64,000 nt of DNA from Hypanus sabinus (taxonomy: Eukaryota). Made by a program: the position numbers and the translations under genes. Shown one piece after another: positions 13,487-26,325 of the stretch; position 1 is the first letter of the stretch, and every line of letters starts with the position of its first letter. The stretch lies in contig NC_082708.1 of assembly GCF_030144855.1 (NCBI RefSeq), forward strand, positions 135,532,001-135,596,000, written 5' to 3'. The notes below the pieces were generated by a model. It searched no databases, had not been told where the DNA came from, and worked only from the letters and a program-made list of their open reading frames with translations.

Positions 13487-16400
13487 TTACCAGAGTTCCC
13501 CAATGCTTCTTGCAAAACACAAAACCCAACCCAGGTGCAGAAAGCAGTGACATAACTTCCCAGGGTGGTAGAGATCACACTCAGTTCTCCCGGCGCTGCA
13601 TAGGTCAATTGCTCTGGGGGTGCCTACTTCTCTGAGACCTCTGTACCTCCTCTGCCGACTCTTCTGGCTCAGACACCATGGGGGACACCCCAGATCAACC
13701 TGTCTGATCCTTACCCTCTCCCTCACTGGGATCCCTCTTCACCTGTGAACCGTTTGTCTCGCGTTCAGGTTCCACCCTCTCTCCCCCCAATGTCAGCTGC
13801 ATCTCAGTCTGCCCATCAACACCCTCATTCCTCTCACCTAACTCAGTAGGGGAAAGGCCAGAAGCCTCTTCTTCCGGTACTGGAGCATTAGCAAATGGAA
13901 ACAGGGGCCACACATCTGAATCGTTGTCTCCTGAAGCAGTATCCCTTTCCGGGGTAAGGACCGGTCCCATATCTTCCGCAGTGGGCTCTTCCCTTGCCCC
14001 ACACCCTCGCAGAGTCCTCATACTAGGCGTAACCTCCCACTCTGGCTCTTTATCCACCTGCATCGCTTGACACAGGGGCAGCAAGTGGTCCCAATCGAGT
14101 ACCTTGACAGGCCCCTTCCCATCCTCGGGTTTCACCTGGTTAACAAGTAGATTCGGCATCTGGCTCTCTATCACATAGGGGGTGGCCATCCATTGATCTG
14201 CCAACTTGTGCTTACCAGAGAGTCCTAAATTCTGTATAAGGACCCAGTCACCCGGCAATAGTTGGGCAAACTTCACTTTCTGATCATATCTCCTCTTATT
14301 CCTCTGATTCTGCTTTGTGGCCACTGCCTCAGCCAACTCGTATGCCCTTTTCAACTCTCTCCTCATATTGGACACATACTTCAGATAGTGCTTCGAAGGT
14401 AATTCACCCACCTCAGTCCCAAAGCACAAGTCAATGGGCAACCTCGCTTCCCGCCCGAACATCAGATAATAAGGCGAGTACCCTATAGCATCATTGCGAG
14501 AACAATTGTAACAGTGAACCACATGCCTGATGTGCCGACTCCACTTACTTTTCTGACCAATCTCCAGAGTCTCGAGCATATCCAACACTGTCCGGTTAAA
14601 CCTCTTGGGCAGAGGATCACCCTGCAGGTGATAGGGTGTAGTCCTGGATTTCTCAACCCCAAACATAGTCAGTAATTCATGGAATAGCCAACTCTCAAAG
14701 TCCTGCCCCGAATACTATGGATCCACCTGGGGAGGCCATAATGAACAAAATACTTCTCCCATAACACCTTCGCCACGGTAGTCGTTTTCTGATCCTTAGT
14801 GGGGAACGCCTGAGCATATCGTGTGTAGTGATCCGTGGTGACTAAGACATTCGTGGTGTTGTTGGTGTCTGGCTCAATCGACAGGAAATCCATACACACC
14901 AGGCCCATGGGTCCCTCACTCTGCGAGTGCGACAGAGGAGCCACTGACGCCGGCAGGGTCTTCCTCCTGATGCAACGGCTTCACTTTCTACAGTATTCTT
15001 CAACCTCCCCCCTCATCCGGGGCCGGTAGAACCGGTTCCATAGGTCTTTTCCACCCCTGGAATCATCATGAAAGGCCTGGAGTACAGTCTGCCGATACTT
15101 CTCAGGCATGACCAGCTGCCAACACCGGGGGTGGTCCGGAGGCGGCGTGACCCAGTACAAGACTTGGTTCATCAACTTTAACTGAGGCCACTCCTTCACT
15201 AACAGAGGCATGGACAGTGTTTTGCCTTCTCTGCCCATGCCACATCCCCCTTCTCCACTGCTCTCCACACAGTGTCAAGGCCCGGGTCATTTTGCTGAGC
15301 AGCTGCCACTTCCCCCGGACTTAGTTCCGGCAACTGTTTAGTCTTCAGTGCAGTCAGGTCACAGTAAACATCATCAAAAGACCCCAAGGGGTCCACTGCT
15401 CACTCCGGCCTTCCCCTTCCCTCGGCCTTCACAGTGATAGCAAACTGACACATGGCTTTCACTCCAGGGCAGGAATGCTTTCCCACCCCTCGTCCATCTC
15501 CGGTTCCCCAGCCTCCCGACGTGACAAAGCATCCGCATCACCATTCTTGCTTCCTGGCCGGTACTTCAGGCTGAAATCATATACCGATAAAGCTGCCAAC
15601 CACCGATATCCTGTGGCATCCAGTTTCACCGAAGTCAGGATATAAGTGAGAGGATTGTTATCCATTCTCACCTCAAACTTGGCTCCGTATAAGTAATCGC
15701 TCAACTTGTCCACCACCGCCCATTTCAGCGCCAGGAACTCCAACTTGTGAGTGGGATAGTTCATCTCAGATGGTGACAAGCTTTGGCTGACAAACGCCAT
15801 CGGCCTCAATTCGTTGCCCTGTTCCTGGTACAGGACAGCCCCTTGATCCTCTTGGCTGGCATCAGTGGGCAGCACATACGGCTTCTGGGGATCGGCAAAA
15901 GCCAACACCCACTGGTCAGTGCCCGCTTCAGAAATTGGAACGCCTCTTCATATTTATCATCCCATCTCGACCCAAAAGGCTCCGCCGGGTTCCAGTATCC
16001 TCCTGTGTCTTGCCCCCGGTCCCTCTTCCTTTTTCTCCCCACCGGTGGATAGCCACACAACAGCTGAGTCAACGGGTGACACATTTTAGTGTATCCTTTC
16101 ACGAGATCGCCTTCTGGAGTCTCGGCCAGGTGGTCACAGCGTTTATCTTAGTCGGATCAGTAGCCACTCCCTCTCGCAAAATTATGTGGCCAACATAGCT
16201 GACCGACAACTTGCAGAAATGGCATTTGTCCAGCGAAAGTTTCAACCCTTCCTCCTTGAGCCGGCTTAACACCTTCAGCAGCCTCTCCTCAGGTTCCTCC
16301 AAAGTCGATCCAAGCACTATCAAATCGTCCAGATACACCTGCACATTGAACGGATTCATATCCCCCACAGTCCTCTCCATGAGCCTATGGAAGGTGGCTG

Positions 16401-17839
16401 GGGCTCCCGACATGCCTTGGGGCATTTGCTCGAACTGAAAGAACCCCAGCGGGCAGATAAAGTCTGTCTTCTCTTTATCACCCTCACTCATCGGGAACTG
16501 GTAATATTCACTCCTCAAATCCAGCACACTGAACCACTTCGCTCCACTCAGACAGGCCAGCGCGTCTTCGACCCTCGGGACGGTATACTCGTCAGGGACA
16601 GTTTGCCGATTCAAAGTCCTATGGTCAATGCACATACGCACCCTCCCGTTCTTCTTCCAAGCCACTACTATTGGGGACACATAGGGGCTTTGGGATTCAG
16701 CGATGATCCCAGCTTCCTTCAGCTCGCACAAGTGCTGCCGCACATTGTCCACATCTGCCAAGGCCAGTCGCCATGACCGCTCTCTAAACGGGGTGTCCTC
16801 CTTCACTCCGATGGTGTGGTGGGAGCTTTTGGAGCAGCCCACATCAAACTCACCCTGAGAAAGGACATCTTCCAACTTCAACATTTTCTCCACCAGCCTG
16901 CGTTTCCACTCCAGAGAGAATCCCCAAAGTTAAAAGCCTCAGCGGTCAGCTCCCCTCGGTTTTCCAATCCATCCCCTTTAGTGGCCCTCACCGGCGCGCC
17001 AGACATTACCGTCACCAGGAACAGATGTGCCAGCGGTATCCCTCTCTTCGCAGTGTTCCTGACACTCATGGCTATCCGCCTCGCATGTATCACTGAGGGC
17101 CTCTGCACTACGGGCCTCACCAGCACCCCAGCCGGAAATCGTGTCTCCTCCTCAAGATCGCCTGGGGTGTCTACTAACAGGGCTTCGCCTGCCGGCACTC
17201 CGGGGAATCTGGGGGTCCCCATCACTTGTGCCACCTCCCCTGGTTGGATCACCTTGGGCCTCGCCTGTGTACACCACACCGTCACTTGTTTACACTCCGG
17301 ATCCAGCCCTTGGGGGGGTCACCCCCTTCTTCAAATACCACCCGAAACACTGGATGCACTGAGAGGGTCTCCAGAAATTTCTCCCCCCCCCCCCCACTCT
17401 CCTTACAGGCTCCCAGGAGCCATCGCACAAATGGGGAGTTAGTCCCCACCAGGAGGGAAGCACCACCGGTTTCCACCAGGTCCGGACAAACCAACACCAG
17501 CGTCTCAATAGCTTCAGACACTCCCACATCGCCCTCCAAGAATTCCAATTTCACTGACAGGTACCCATCGTACGGGTAATCACCCTTGCTCACACCCCAA
17601 ATCTACAGTGCATTAAATGGGGTTACGGGCAAGTGCTTTAGATATTTGTTGTAGAAAGACCGGTACAATAAGGTCACCTGCGATCCCGTATCGAGAATGG
17701 CTTTTGTGTAAACTATTATCCATAGGCACACGCTGGAAAGGGGTCCCAGCCGAACCGGAATAAAGGCTTGGGCTTTCAGTGGTCCCCTGGCTGATTTCTG
17801 GGAACGTTTTCCTCCAGAGACTCCAGTCCATTCCCTCAC
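13487..17839 (-). pseudogene. pol: pol pseudogene of element A (protease, RT, RNase H, integrase; many frameshifts and stops)
   Basis: 'AILDTGSQVTLL' (PR, 17603-17839); 'WFSVLDLRSEYYQ...VYLDDLIV' (RT, 16099-16893); 'TDAS...LEFLALKWAV...DADALSR' (RH, 15459-15908); 'CMDFLSI', 'TTPYHLQGD...RFNRT' (INT). Confidence 0.93.
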
Positions 17840-19216
17840 TGAGTCTCTTCTAAGTGTCCCGACACCTCTTCCTTCTTAGTCGCCCGGGGGGGTTGCCATC
17901 TGTGGGATGCCTTGTCTCTCACAATCCCTCGAAAGTGTCCCTCCTCCTCACAGCTGTAGCACACCCTTGGCTGCTCACAGCTCCGCTGGAAATGCCCCTC
18001 TTTCCCACAGTTAAGGCACACGCTACCCGCCACTCCTCCACTCCCAGCCCATTGTACGGGCTGCCCCCTGGAGGGGGTACTTTCCCTATCCTTCCCTTCA
18101 AACGGGGAGTCCCTACTCCCCTGGGCCCCTTGGGTTTCTCTGTCTTCAACCTGGCCACCACTTCCTGTATCGCTGAGGATCGCTCCCGGTGGCCCGAGCC
18201 TCTTTTCCTCTCTCTTCCTCCCACACCTCTCTAATCAGCTGCCCAAATGATGGAGGGGGGCCATTCCTATAAGTCTGCCAGATACTCCATGCCACCTTGT
18301 CCTCCTCCAGGGAACCACTAAATATCTGACTCATCCTCACTCTAGCCACATCATCCGCCTTCAGTACCCCCCAGTGCCGCAACCCAGTAAGCATTCCCTT
18401 TATCCGAAATATGTACTCGGAGAGCTTTTCCCCTCTCCATTGCTCCATGTGTTGAAACTCTGCTAAAAGCAGCCAGGGATCCCCTGACAACCAAAACGCT
18501 CCCTCCAAAACTTCTATACACTCCTCCACTGAAGCCCCAGGCTTTTCAGCTTCCAACTCTCGGACTGCTATGGCTGCCGAACCCCTCAAATTTCCCACCA
18601 ATTGCTGTCTCTTCTCCTCATTCGAGCCTGGCCTCTCCTCTAACATCAGGGACGTATGCTCGATCCAGGTCTCATAGTCAACCTCCTCGTCCGGAATAGG
18701 CGTGGCTCCAGAGAACACCCCCAGCTTCAGCCGTGGTCTTTCGGCCACTCCCACCAGAGAGTTAAGGGCGGCTGCCAGCTCCGAGGGCTCCACCCTACCC
18801 GGGGGTGGGCGGGGGGGGGGGGCCTGGCCAAGCATTCCCACTCCAACCCTGCTTTACTGGTGATGGGCACCTCCTCTGGGGTCAACTGTCAACTCTAGCT
18901 GCTCCTCCGGTGTCTCCTCACCCTTGTCTTCCAAGAGGGTGTGGAGTCCCCACGGCACCGCCTACCCTGGACACTGACCGTCGCTGGCAATTCCAATATC
19001 CTGACATCAGCACTCGTGCGAACCAACACCCGACTTCTTTCCATCTCTTTACTGCACCTCCGTGCTACCAGTTCTATCGACCCCATACATTTGACCAAAT
19101 TCAATCCCTGCACTAACGCACCATCAGAAACCCGAAAATCCACCACACTCACCATACTCGCAATGCACCGGTACATCTTCTAAATCGCACCAGCTTACGA
19201 TCTTATCTCTGTCCAT
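17836..19216 (-). pseudogene. gag: gag pseudogene of element A (PNMA/Ma-like capsid plus two CCHC knuckles)
   Basis: 'LKLGVFSGATPIPDEEVDYETWIEHT' capsid motif (18146-18841); 'CLNCGKEGHFQRSC' and 'CYSCEEEGHF' (17836-18033); split across several frames. Confidence 0.88.
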
Positions 19217-19651
19217 CTCCGCACTATTGGGCATGCGCGATTCACACAGCTACTGAAAATTCAATCCCCGACACAAGCACCCCACAAATGTAATGCTTAC
19301 ATGACAGGCTGATGTATATCTAAGGGAAAATTCCAGCCACCCACCAAACCCTGCCTCCTGTATACATGTATGTTGTGGAGTACACACTACTGCAACATCA
19401 CACACACAATATCAAGCTCACACCAGGTACGGTTACAGAATACACTTTACAAATCTTAGTAGAACTAAGTAATTAATAACAATACTGTAGCGGTGTGCTA
19501 CACGCAGCGCTAAAATTACGACACGGAGTCAGCAACTGCAGTCGAAGGAAAAAACGTTATTCGAAATCCTCAGCCTCACTTTTAAGCCTCCCTCAACCTG
19601 CCCCCTGTGGCGCAGAGGCTCCAAAGCTCTGTGCTCGCAAACCCCCGTAGG

Positions 19652-22600
19652 CTATCTAATTGTGAGCCAGTTCGGATGTGCCAGGAAAAGGGTCGCCACA
19701 TAACACCCCCCCCAGAACCGGCGATACACCCCCCAATGTCCACAGTCTGGGCCAGAACCTGCTTGGGAGGTCGGCCTCTGCCGAGGTGCCGGAAACTCGG
19801 CCGGTTGCGCCAGGTCCACATGGGCCGGTTTGAGGCGGTCCACCGTGAAAACCTCCTCTTTCCCCCCAACGTCCAGCACGAACGTGGACCCGTTGTTCCG
19901 GAGCACCATAAACGGCCCCTCGTATGGCCGCTGCAGCAGTGGCTGATGCCCGCCCCTTCGTACAAACACAAACTTACAGTTCTGCAGGTCTTTGGGTACA
20001 CAGGTCAGGTTCCGCCCGTGCTGTGAAGTGGGTATGGGGGCCAGGTTACCGAGCTTCTCGCGTAGTCTGCCCAGGACTGTTGCGGGATCTTCCTCTTGCC
20101 CCCATGGGGCTGGTAGGAACTCCCCAGGGATGACCAGGGGCACGCCGTATACCAACTCGGCCGACGAGGCATGCAGGTCGTCCTTGGGCACTGTGCGGAT
20201 GCCGAGTAGGACCCAGGGAAGCTCATCCGCCCAGTTGGCTCCTCGCAGGCGGGCCATGAGGGCCAACTTCAGGTGACGGTGGAAACGCTCCACTAGCCCG
20301 TTCAACTGTGGGTGGTAGGCAGTTGTGTGGTGCAGCTGAGTCCCCAAAAGGCTGGCCATAGCTGACCACAGGCTGGAGGTGAACTGGGCACCTCTGTCGG
20401 AGGTAATGTGGGCCGGCACACCAAAGCGAGATATCCAGGTGGTGATCAGGGCTCGGGCGCAAGATTCGGAGGTGGTGTCAGTGAGCGGAACCGCCTCTGG
20501 CCATCTTGTGAACCGGTCCACGATAGTCAGGAGGTGCTGCGCTCCACGCAACACTGGCAGGGGGCCCACGATATCCACATGAATGTGGTCGAAACGCCGG
20601 TGGGCGGGATGGAACTGCTGCGGTGGGGCTTTGGTGTGCCGCTGCACCTTGGCCGTCTGGCAGTGCATGCACGTTTTGGCCCATTCACTGACCTGTTTGC
20701 GGAGTCCGTGCCAAACGAACCTGCTGGAAACCATCCGGACAGTTGTCCAGATGGAGGGATGCGCCAAGTTATGAATGGAGTCGAAAACGCGGCGCCGCCA
20801 GGCTGTCGGGACGACGGGACGGGGCTAGCCGGTGGCGACGTCACAGAGTAGGGTCCTCTCACCCGGGCCTACGGGGAGGTCCTGGAGCTGCAAACCGGAG
20901 ACTGCGGTTCTGTAACTCGGAATCTCCTCATCCGCCTGCTGCGCCTCTGCCAGTGCCTCAAAGTCTACCCCTTGGGAAAGGGCATGAACGGTAGGGCGAG
21001 AGAGCGCATCCGCCACGACATTGTCCTTACCCGAGACGTGCCAGACATCCGTCGTGTATTCAGAGATGTAGGACAGGTGGCGTTGCTGGCGGGACGACCA
21101 GAGGTCGGACGCTTTCGTAAATGCAAAGGTAAGCGGTTTGTGGTCCGTGAATGCGGTGAAGGGCCGACCTTCTAGGAAATACCTGAAATGCCGGATTGCC
21201 AGGTAGAGCGCCAACAGTTCCCGGTCGAAAGCACTGTACTTGAGCTCGGGTGGCCGCAAGTGTTTGCTGAAAAACGCCAGGGGTTGCCAGTGACCTGCGA
21301 TGAGTTGCTCCAGCACCCCACCGACTGCTGTGTTAGATGCGTCCACTGTGAGGGCGGTAGGGGCGTCCATTCTGGGATGTACTAGCATTGCGGCGTTCGC
21401 CAAAGCTTTCTTCGTTTGAACGAAAGCGGCGGCGGACTCCTCGTCCCAGGTAATGTCCTTGCTCGGACCTGACATCAGGGCGAACAGGGGGCGCATGATC
21501 CGGGCAGCTGAAGGGAGGAAGCGGTGGTAGAAATTGACCATACCTATGAATTCCTGAAGGCCTTTGATCGTGGTGGGTCTGGGGAAGTGGCGGACCGCAT
21601 CTACCTTAGCGGGCAGAGGGGTTGCCCCGTCTTTAGTAATCCTGTGGCCCAGGAAGTCAATGGTATCGAGTCTGAACTGGCATTTGGCGGGGTTGATTGT
21701 AAGACCGTACTCACTCAGTCGGGCGCAGAGTTGACGGAGTTGGGACAGATGCTCCTGACGACTGCTGCTGGCTATGAGGATGTCGTCCAAATAGATGAAC
21801 GCGAAGTCCAGGTCCCGTCCCACCACGTCCATTAACTGCTGGAACGTCTGTGCGGCATTCTTCAGGCCGAACGGTATGCGGAGGAACTCGAAAAGGCCAA
21901 ACGGGGTGATGAGAGCCGTTTTGGGGACATCATCAGGATGCATCGGGATTTGATGGTACCCTCGGACGAGGTCTACCTTGGAGAAGATCCGTGCGCCGTG
22001 CAGGTTTGCTGCAAAGTCCTGAATGTGCGGCACAGGGTAGCAGTCCGGTGTGGTAGCTTCGTTCAGCCTGCGGTAGTCGCCGCACGGTCTCCAGCCTCCC
22101 GTCGCTTTGGGCACCATGTGCAGGGGGGAGGCCCGTGGGCTGTCGGACCGCCGGATGATCCCCAATTCCTCCATCCTCTGGAACTCCTCCTTCGCCAGTC
22201 GGGGCTTGTCCGGGGGAAGCCACCGAGCGCGGGCATGGGGGGGGGTCCCTGGGTCGGGATGTGGTGCTGTACGCCGTGTCGGGGCATGGCCGCTGTGAAC
22301 TGCAGTGCCAGAACCGATGGGAAATCCGCCAGGACCCTGGTGAAGTTGTTGTCGGACAGCGTGATGGAGCCGAGGTGAGGGGCTGGCAACTGGGCTGTAC
22401 CCAGAGAGAACGTCTGAAAGGTCTCGGCGTGTACCAGTCTCTTCCTGGGCAGGTCGACCAGTAGGCTGTGAGCCCACAAAAAATCCGCACCCAGAAGCGG
22501 TTGGGCTAAGGCGGCCAGTGTAAAGTCCCACGTGAACTGGCTGGAGCTGAACTGTAGCTGCACCTGACCATAGGTCCTTACTGTGCTGCCGTTCACGGCC

Positions 22601-22752
22601 CTCAGGGGGGGACCTGGTGCCCTGCTGTGGGTGTCGTAACTCGTCGGAGGTAAAACGCTGATCTCGGCACCAGTATCGACCAAAACCTGGCGTCCCGACC
22701 GTCTATCCCACACATACAGGAGGCTATCCCGATGGCCAGCCACCGTAGCCAT
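19652..22752 (-). pseudogene. pol: pol of element B (PR-RT-RH-INT) with one frameshift near 22240 and one premature stop at 20825
   Basis: '[11 protein letters not shown]'; '[14 protein letters not shown]...IYLDDILI'; 'VDASN...RELLALY...ADALSR'; integrase 'HP...CMHCQ...HVDIVGP...SDRG...LVERFHR' and a GPY/F-like 'RPYEGPF'. ORFs 20825-22531 and 19652-20767 are in the same frame. Confidence 0.95.
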
Positions 22753-23440
22753 CAGCGGCAGCCATCAGTGGCGTTTCCCAGGAACTTGCAGGGCGGGCGA
22801 CAACAGCGAGCTTCTGCGCCCCACCACTGGTGGTAGAAGCACCAGTGTTCGTGGGCCGGGGGTTGGCGGGCTCTGCGGCCGGGCCTGGACTGGTTTGCTG
22901 CTGGGAGCGTGGCTGGGAGATCTGTGCGATGGACGCCCCGCTCACCTTTTTGGCGTTCCACAGCAAGTCCGCCCGGGCTGCCACCTTCCAGGGGTCACTG
23001 AAATCCGCATCGGACAGCAGCAGGCGTATGTCCTCATGCAGCTGCTCCAGGAATGCCTGCTCAAACATGAGGCAGGGTGTGTGTCCGTCGGCTAGAGACA
23101 ACATCTCATTCATTAAAGCCGATGGAGGTCTGTCGCTCAAGCCATCCAGGTGCAGTAAACGGGCAGCCCGCTCGCGCCGTGAGAGTCCAAAAGTCCTGAG
23201 GAGCAGGGCTTTGAATTCCGTGAACTTGCCGTCTGCCGGGGGCGACTGTACGAACTCCGCGACCTGGGCCGCTGTGTCCTGGTCGAGGGAGCTCACCACG
23301 TAGTAGTAGCAGGTGTCTTCTGAGGTGATCTGGCGAACGTGGAATTGGGCTTCGGCTTGCTGGAACCATAGGTTCGGTCGCTGTGTCCAGAAACCCGGCA
23401 GTTTCAACGAAACCGCATGAACAGAGGCGGCGTCGCTCAT
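22752..23440 (-). pseudogene. gag: gag of element B with CHCC knuckle; one frameshift near 22860
   Basis: 'VSLKLPGFWTQRPNLWFQQAEAQF' N-terminus; 'CFYHQWWGAEARCCRPPC' (Cx2Hx9Cx3C) lies in the shifted frame 22752-22961. Confidence 0.9.
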
Positions 23441-23994
23441 TTCTGGTCCAAAAATCATTTGGACCGTTGGGGTCACCAATTGTAGCGGTGTGCTACACGC
23501 AGCGCTAAAATTACGACACGGAGTCGGTAACTACAGTCGAAGGAAAAAACTTTATTCGAAATCCTCAGCCTCGCTTTTAAGCCTCCCTCAATCTGTGGTT
23601 TTTATTGTAATATTGCATATTTTGCACACCTGATCACGACTTTTGACTTCTGATCATGACTGTGTAATCTAATTCAACATTTCCACATCTTCAGCCATTC
23701 CAATTTTATACCTTACATCACCAGTATTCGGTATTTTTTTTCTCTTTTCTTATGATTTTTTGGCTTTCATTCATCTGTTGTCATGGTCGCTCCAGATACA
23801 CATACATTAAACTCAATGTTGACACCAGCAACATTTGTGTCATCTCGTGCTCTCCACCCACCTTTGGATCTTTCACTTTGGTCAAGCTTACTTCATTTCT
23901 TTTCCATTCTAGATGAAATTTTGGCATTTTGAAACATTCTCTGCTCCTCTCCCTATGAGCGCTGCTTGACAAACAGAACATTTTCTAAAACAGC

Positions 23995-24305
23995 ATGCAC
24001 AGAATGCTGGAGAAACTCAGCAGTTCAGGCAGCACTGTAGAAGTTAATAGACTGTCAACATTTCAGGCCAAGACCCTTCTTCAGGAGTGAGAATGAAGGT
24101 GGAAGTTGTCAGAATAAAAGGGTGGGGGAGGGGAAGAAGGCTAGAAGGTGATAGGTGAAGACAGGCGGATGGGAAAGATCAAGGGCTGGAGAATAAGGAA
24201 TCTTCTAGGAGAGGAGAGTGGCCCACAGGAGCAAAGGAAGTGGAAGGAGGAGGGGAAACAGGGCAAGAACAAGGTGAGCTAGAAGAGTTATGATGTAAGA
24301 GTGGG
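23995..24305 (-). mobile_element. Penelope-like element pLTR fragment with degenerate hammerhead motif
   Basis: Same family as 47590-48010 and 45375-45850; minus strand has CTGAAGA-agggtcttggcct-GAAA. Confidence 0.7.
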
Positions 24306-25270
24306 GATTTCATATTCCGAGCAGGTACAGGACTTTCCTTTTAATTGACCGCTATCTGACTGTAGAGGACTGCAGCAGTTATTTCTCCTCTGAAAGAAAT
24401 TTAATTTATAACAAAATATAAAGTCTTATTCACAATTAGAAATGAAAACAGAAGGATTGAAATGCTTCTCAGGTCAGACAGCATCTGTGGATGGAGACAA
24501 ATTTCATCCACCTGAAACATTAACTGGCCTACTCAGTTCCTCCTGCATTTTGTGTGTGTTCCTGAAGAACTCCAGCATCCGCAGAATCTCATGTTCATAA
24601 TTGTCACTTCAGATTCAATTTTGCCTGCTGTGCATTTCTAGCATTTACTGATTTTATTTGTTTCATACTTTCAACATTAAAGGTACTTGTACATTAAAGG
24701 AAAAACAATAAATATATGATAGATGAGTCTCGTACTCTGTCTCTAGAAATATCCAAGGGGACTTGATATTTATAAGTACTCAATGTCTAAATATATAACT
24801 ACTTGTTTTCTGGTTGGAGTTGCAGAGAACCTGTGGCCCACAGGCCAAGGAGGCACCGATTGTACATTCAGAAGTTTCCAAGCATGTACAGTCTGTGACT
24901 CCTTGACTTCAGCTGCCAGTTGTTCTTTAGTGTGGAAATCAGCCAAGTGTTGAAAGTCTTACTCAAAATTTTTCTCAGCCAGTGAAGCAGAAGCTATGGC
25001 AATAGGCCAAATGTGTTTTGTGGCAACCCCTGGCATGACTCACTGAATAACTCTCAAACTTTGATATTCTATTTACCAGGACCAATGCATGAGATCTCTA
25101 AGGGAGAAGGAGTAACATAACAACACAGAGAAGTGATGATTGCTTAGACTCTTTTGCAGGCTGCTCAATGCCAATATATATTTGATGTTGGGGTAGGCAC
25201 TTGCAAAAGCAACATCAAAGGGGCTGTGTTCAATGGATGACATCTCTGCCCATGCCCAGTTGGACCCACT

Positions 25271-26295
25271 CCATAAGACCATAAGACATAGAAGCAGAAT
25301 TAGGCCATTTGGCAAATTGAGTCTGCACTGCCATTTCATCATGTCTGATCCAATTTTCCTCTCAGCCCCAATCACCTGCCTTCCCCTTGTATCCTTTCAT
25401 TCCCTGACCAATCAAGAATCTATCAAACTCTGCCTTAAATATACATTAAAACTTGGCCTCCACAGCTGCCTATGGCAAAGAATTTTACATATTCACCACT
25501 CTCTAGCTGACAAAATTCCTCCTCACCTCCGTTCTAAAAGGATACCCCTCTATTCTGAAGCTGTGTCCTCTGGTCTTAGACTCTCCCACCACAGGAAACA
25601 TCTTCTCCACATCCATTCTATCAAGTTCTTTCACTATTCAATAGGTTTCAATTAGGTCACCCTAATTCTTCTGAATTTTTGTAAATACAGGCCCAGAGCA
25701 ATCAAACATTCTTCATATGACAAGCTATTCAATCTTGGAATCATTTTCCTGAACCTCCTTTTAATGGTCTCCAGTTTCAGCACATCCTTTCTAAAATAAG
25801 GAGCCCAAAACTGCACACAATACTCCAAAATGAGGCCTCAATGGTACTTTATCAGTTTCAACATTTCATCCTTGCTTTTGCATTCTAGTCCTCTTGAGAT
25901 GAATCCTAACATTGTATTTGCCTTCCTCACCATTAACTCAACCTGAAAATTAGCCTTTAGGGAATCTTGCACAAAGACTCCCAAGTCCCTTTGAGCCTTA
26001 GCTTTTTGTTTTTTCTCTCCATTTAGAAAATAGTCAATCCGTTCATTTCTTCTACCAAAGTGCATTATCTTACACTTCATGGCACTGTATTGCATTTGCC
26101 ACTTTTTTGCCCTTTCTCCTAGTCTGTCTAAATCCTTCTGTAGCCTCTCTACTTCCTCAAAACTACTTACCCCTCCACTTATCTTCATATCATCTGCAAA
26201 CTTTGCAAAAAAGCCATCAAATCCATCATTCACATATAATGTTAAAAATTTTGGACGCATCACAGGCCCCTGTGACCACTAGTCACCAGCAATCA
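25271..26295 (-). mobile_element. CR1 LINE 3' fragment
   Basis: 'FAKFADDMKI...LQKDLDRLGE' (25838-26263); tail 'ccataagaccataagac'. Confidence 0.9.
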
Positions 26296-26325
26296 TCTTG
26301 CATGCCAGGTAAATGAAATATTCCA

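Larger units (their letters stand above)
12835..19485 (-). mobile_element. Gypsy LTR retrotransposon A (PNMA-like gag), decayed; 5' LTR interrupted by element B
   Basis: 3' LTR 12835-13449 (TG...CA); PPT tggggggagaa at 13450-13460; partial 5' LTR 19289-19485; degenerate tRNA-Pro-like PBS at about 19265-19288; order gag-PR-RT-RH-INT. Confidence 0.95.
19486..23595 (-). mobile_element. Gypsy LTR retrotransposon B (CsRn1/Kabuki-like), near-intact, nested in the 5' LTR of element A
   Basis: 3' LTR 19486-19700 (TG...CA, 215 bp); PPT-like ttctggggggggtgtta; PBS TGGTGACCCCAACG (tRNA-Trp type) at 23465-23478; partial 5' LTR 23481-23591 with 5 differences in about 111 bp; GC- and CpG-rich. Confidence 0.95.

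Noticed and set aside
17384-18822. Long G/C homopolymers (also near 6366, 58915, 60846 and 61994) as G-quadruplex or regulatory signals
   Set aside because: Simple slippage-prone runs whose exact length may be sequencing error.
18146-18841. Domesticated PNMA-type host gene
   Set aside because: Frameshifted, linked to a decayed pol and flanked by LTRs; an ordinary retrotransposon gag.
16211-23303. Numerous long plus-strand ORFs over the Gypsy elements
   Set aside because: Antisense shadows of GC-rich gag/pol sequence with no independent motifs.
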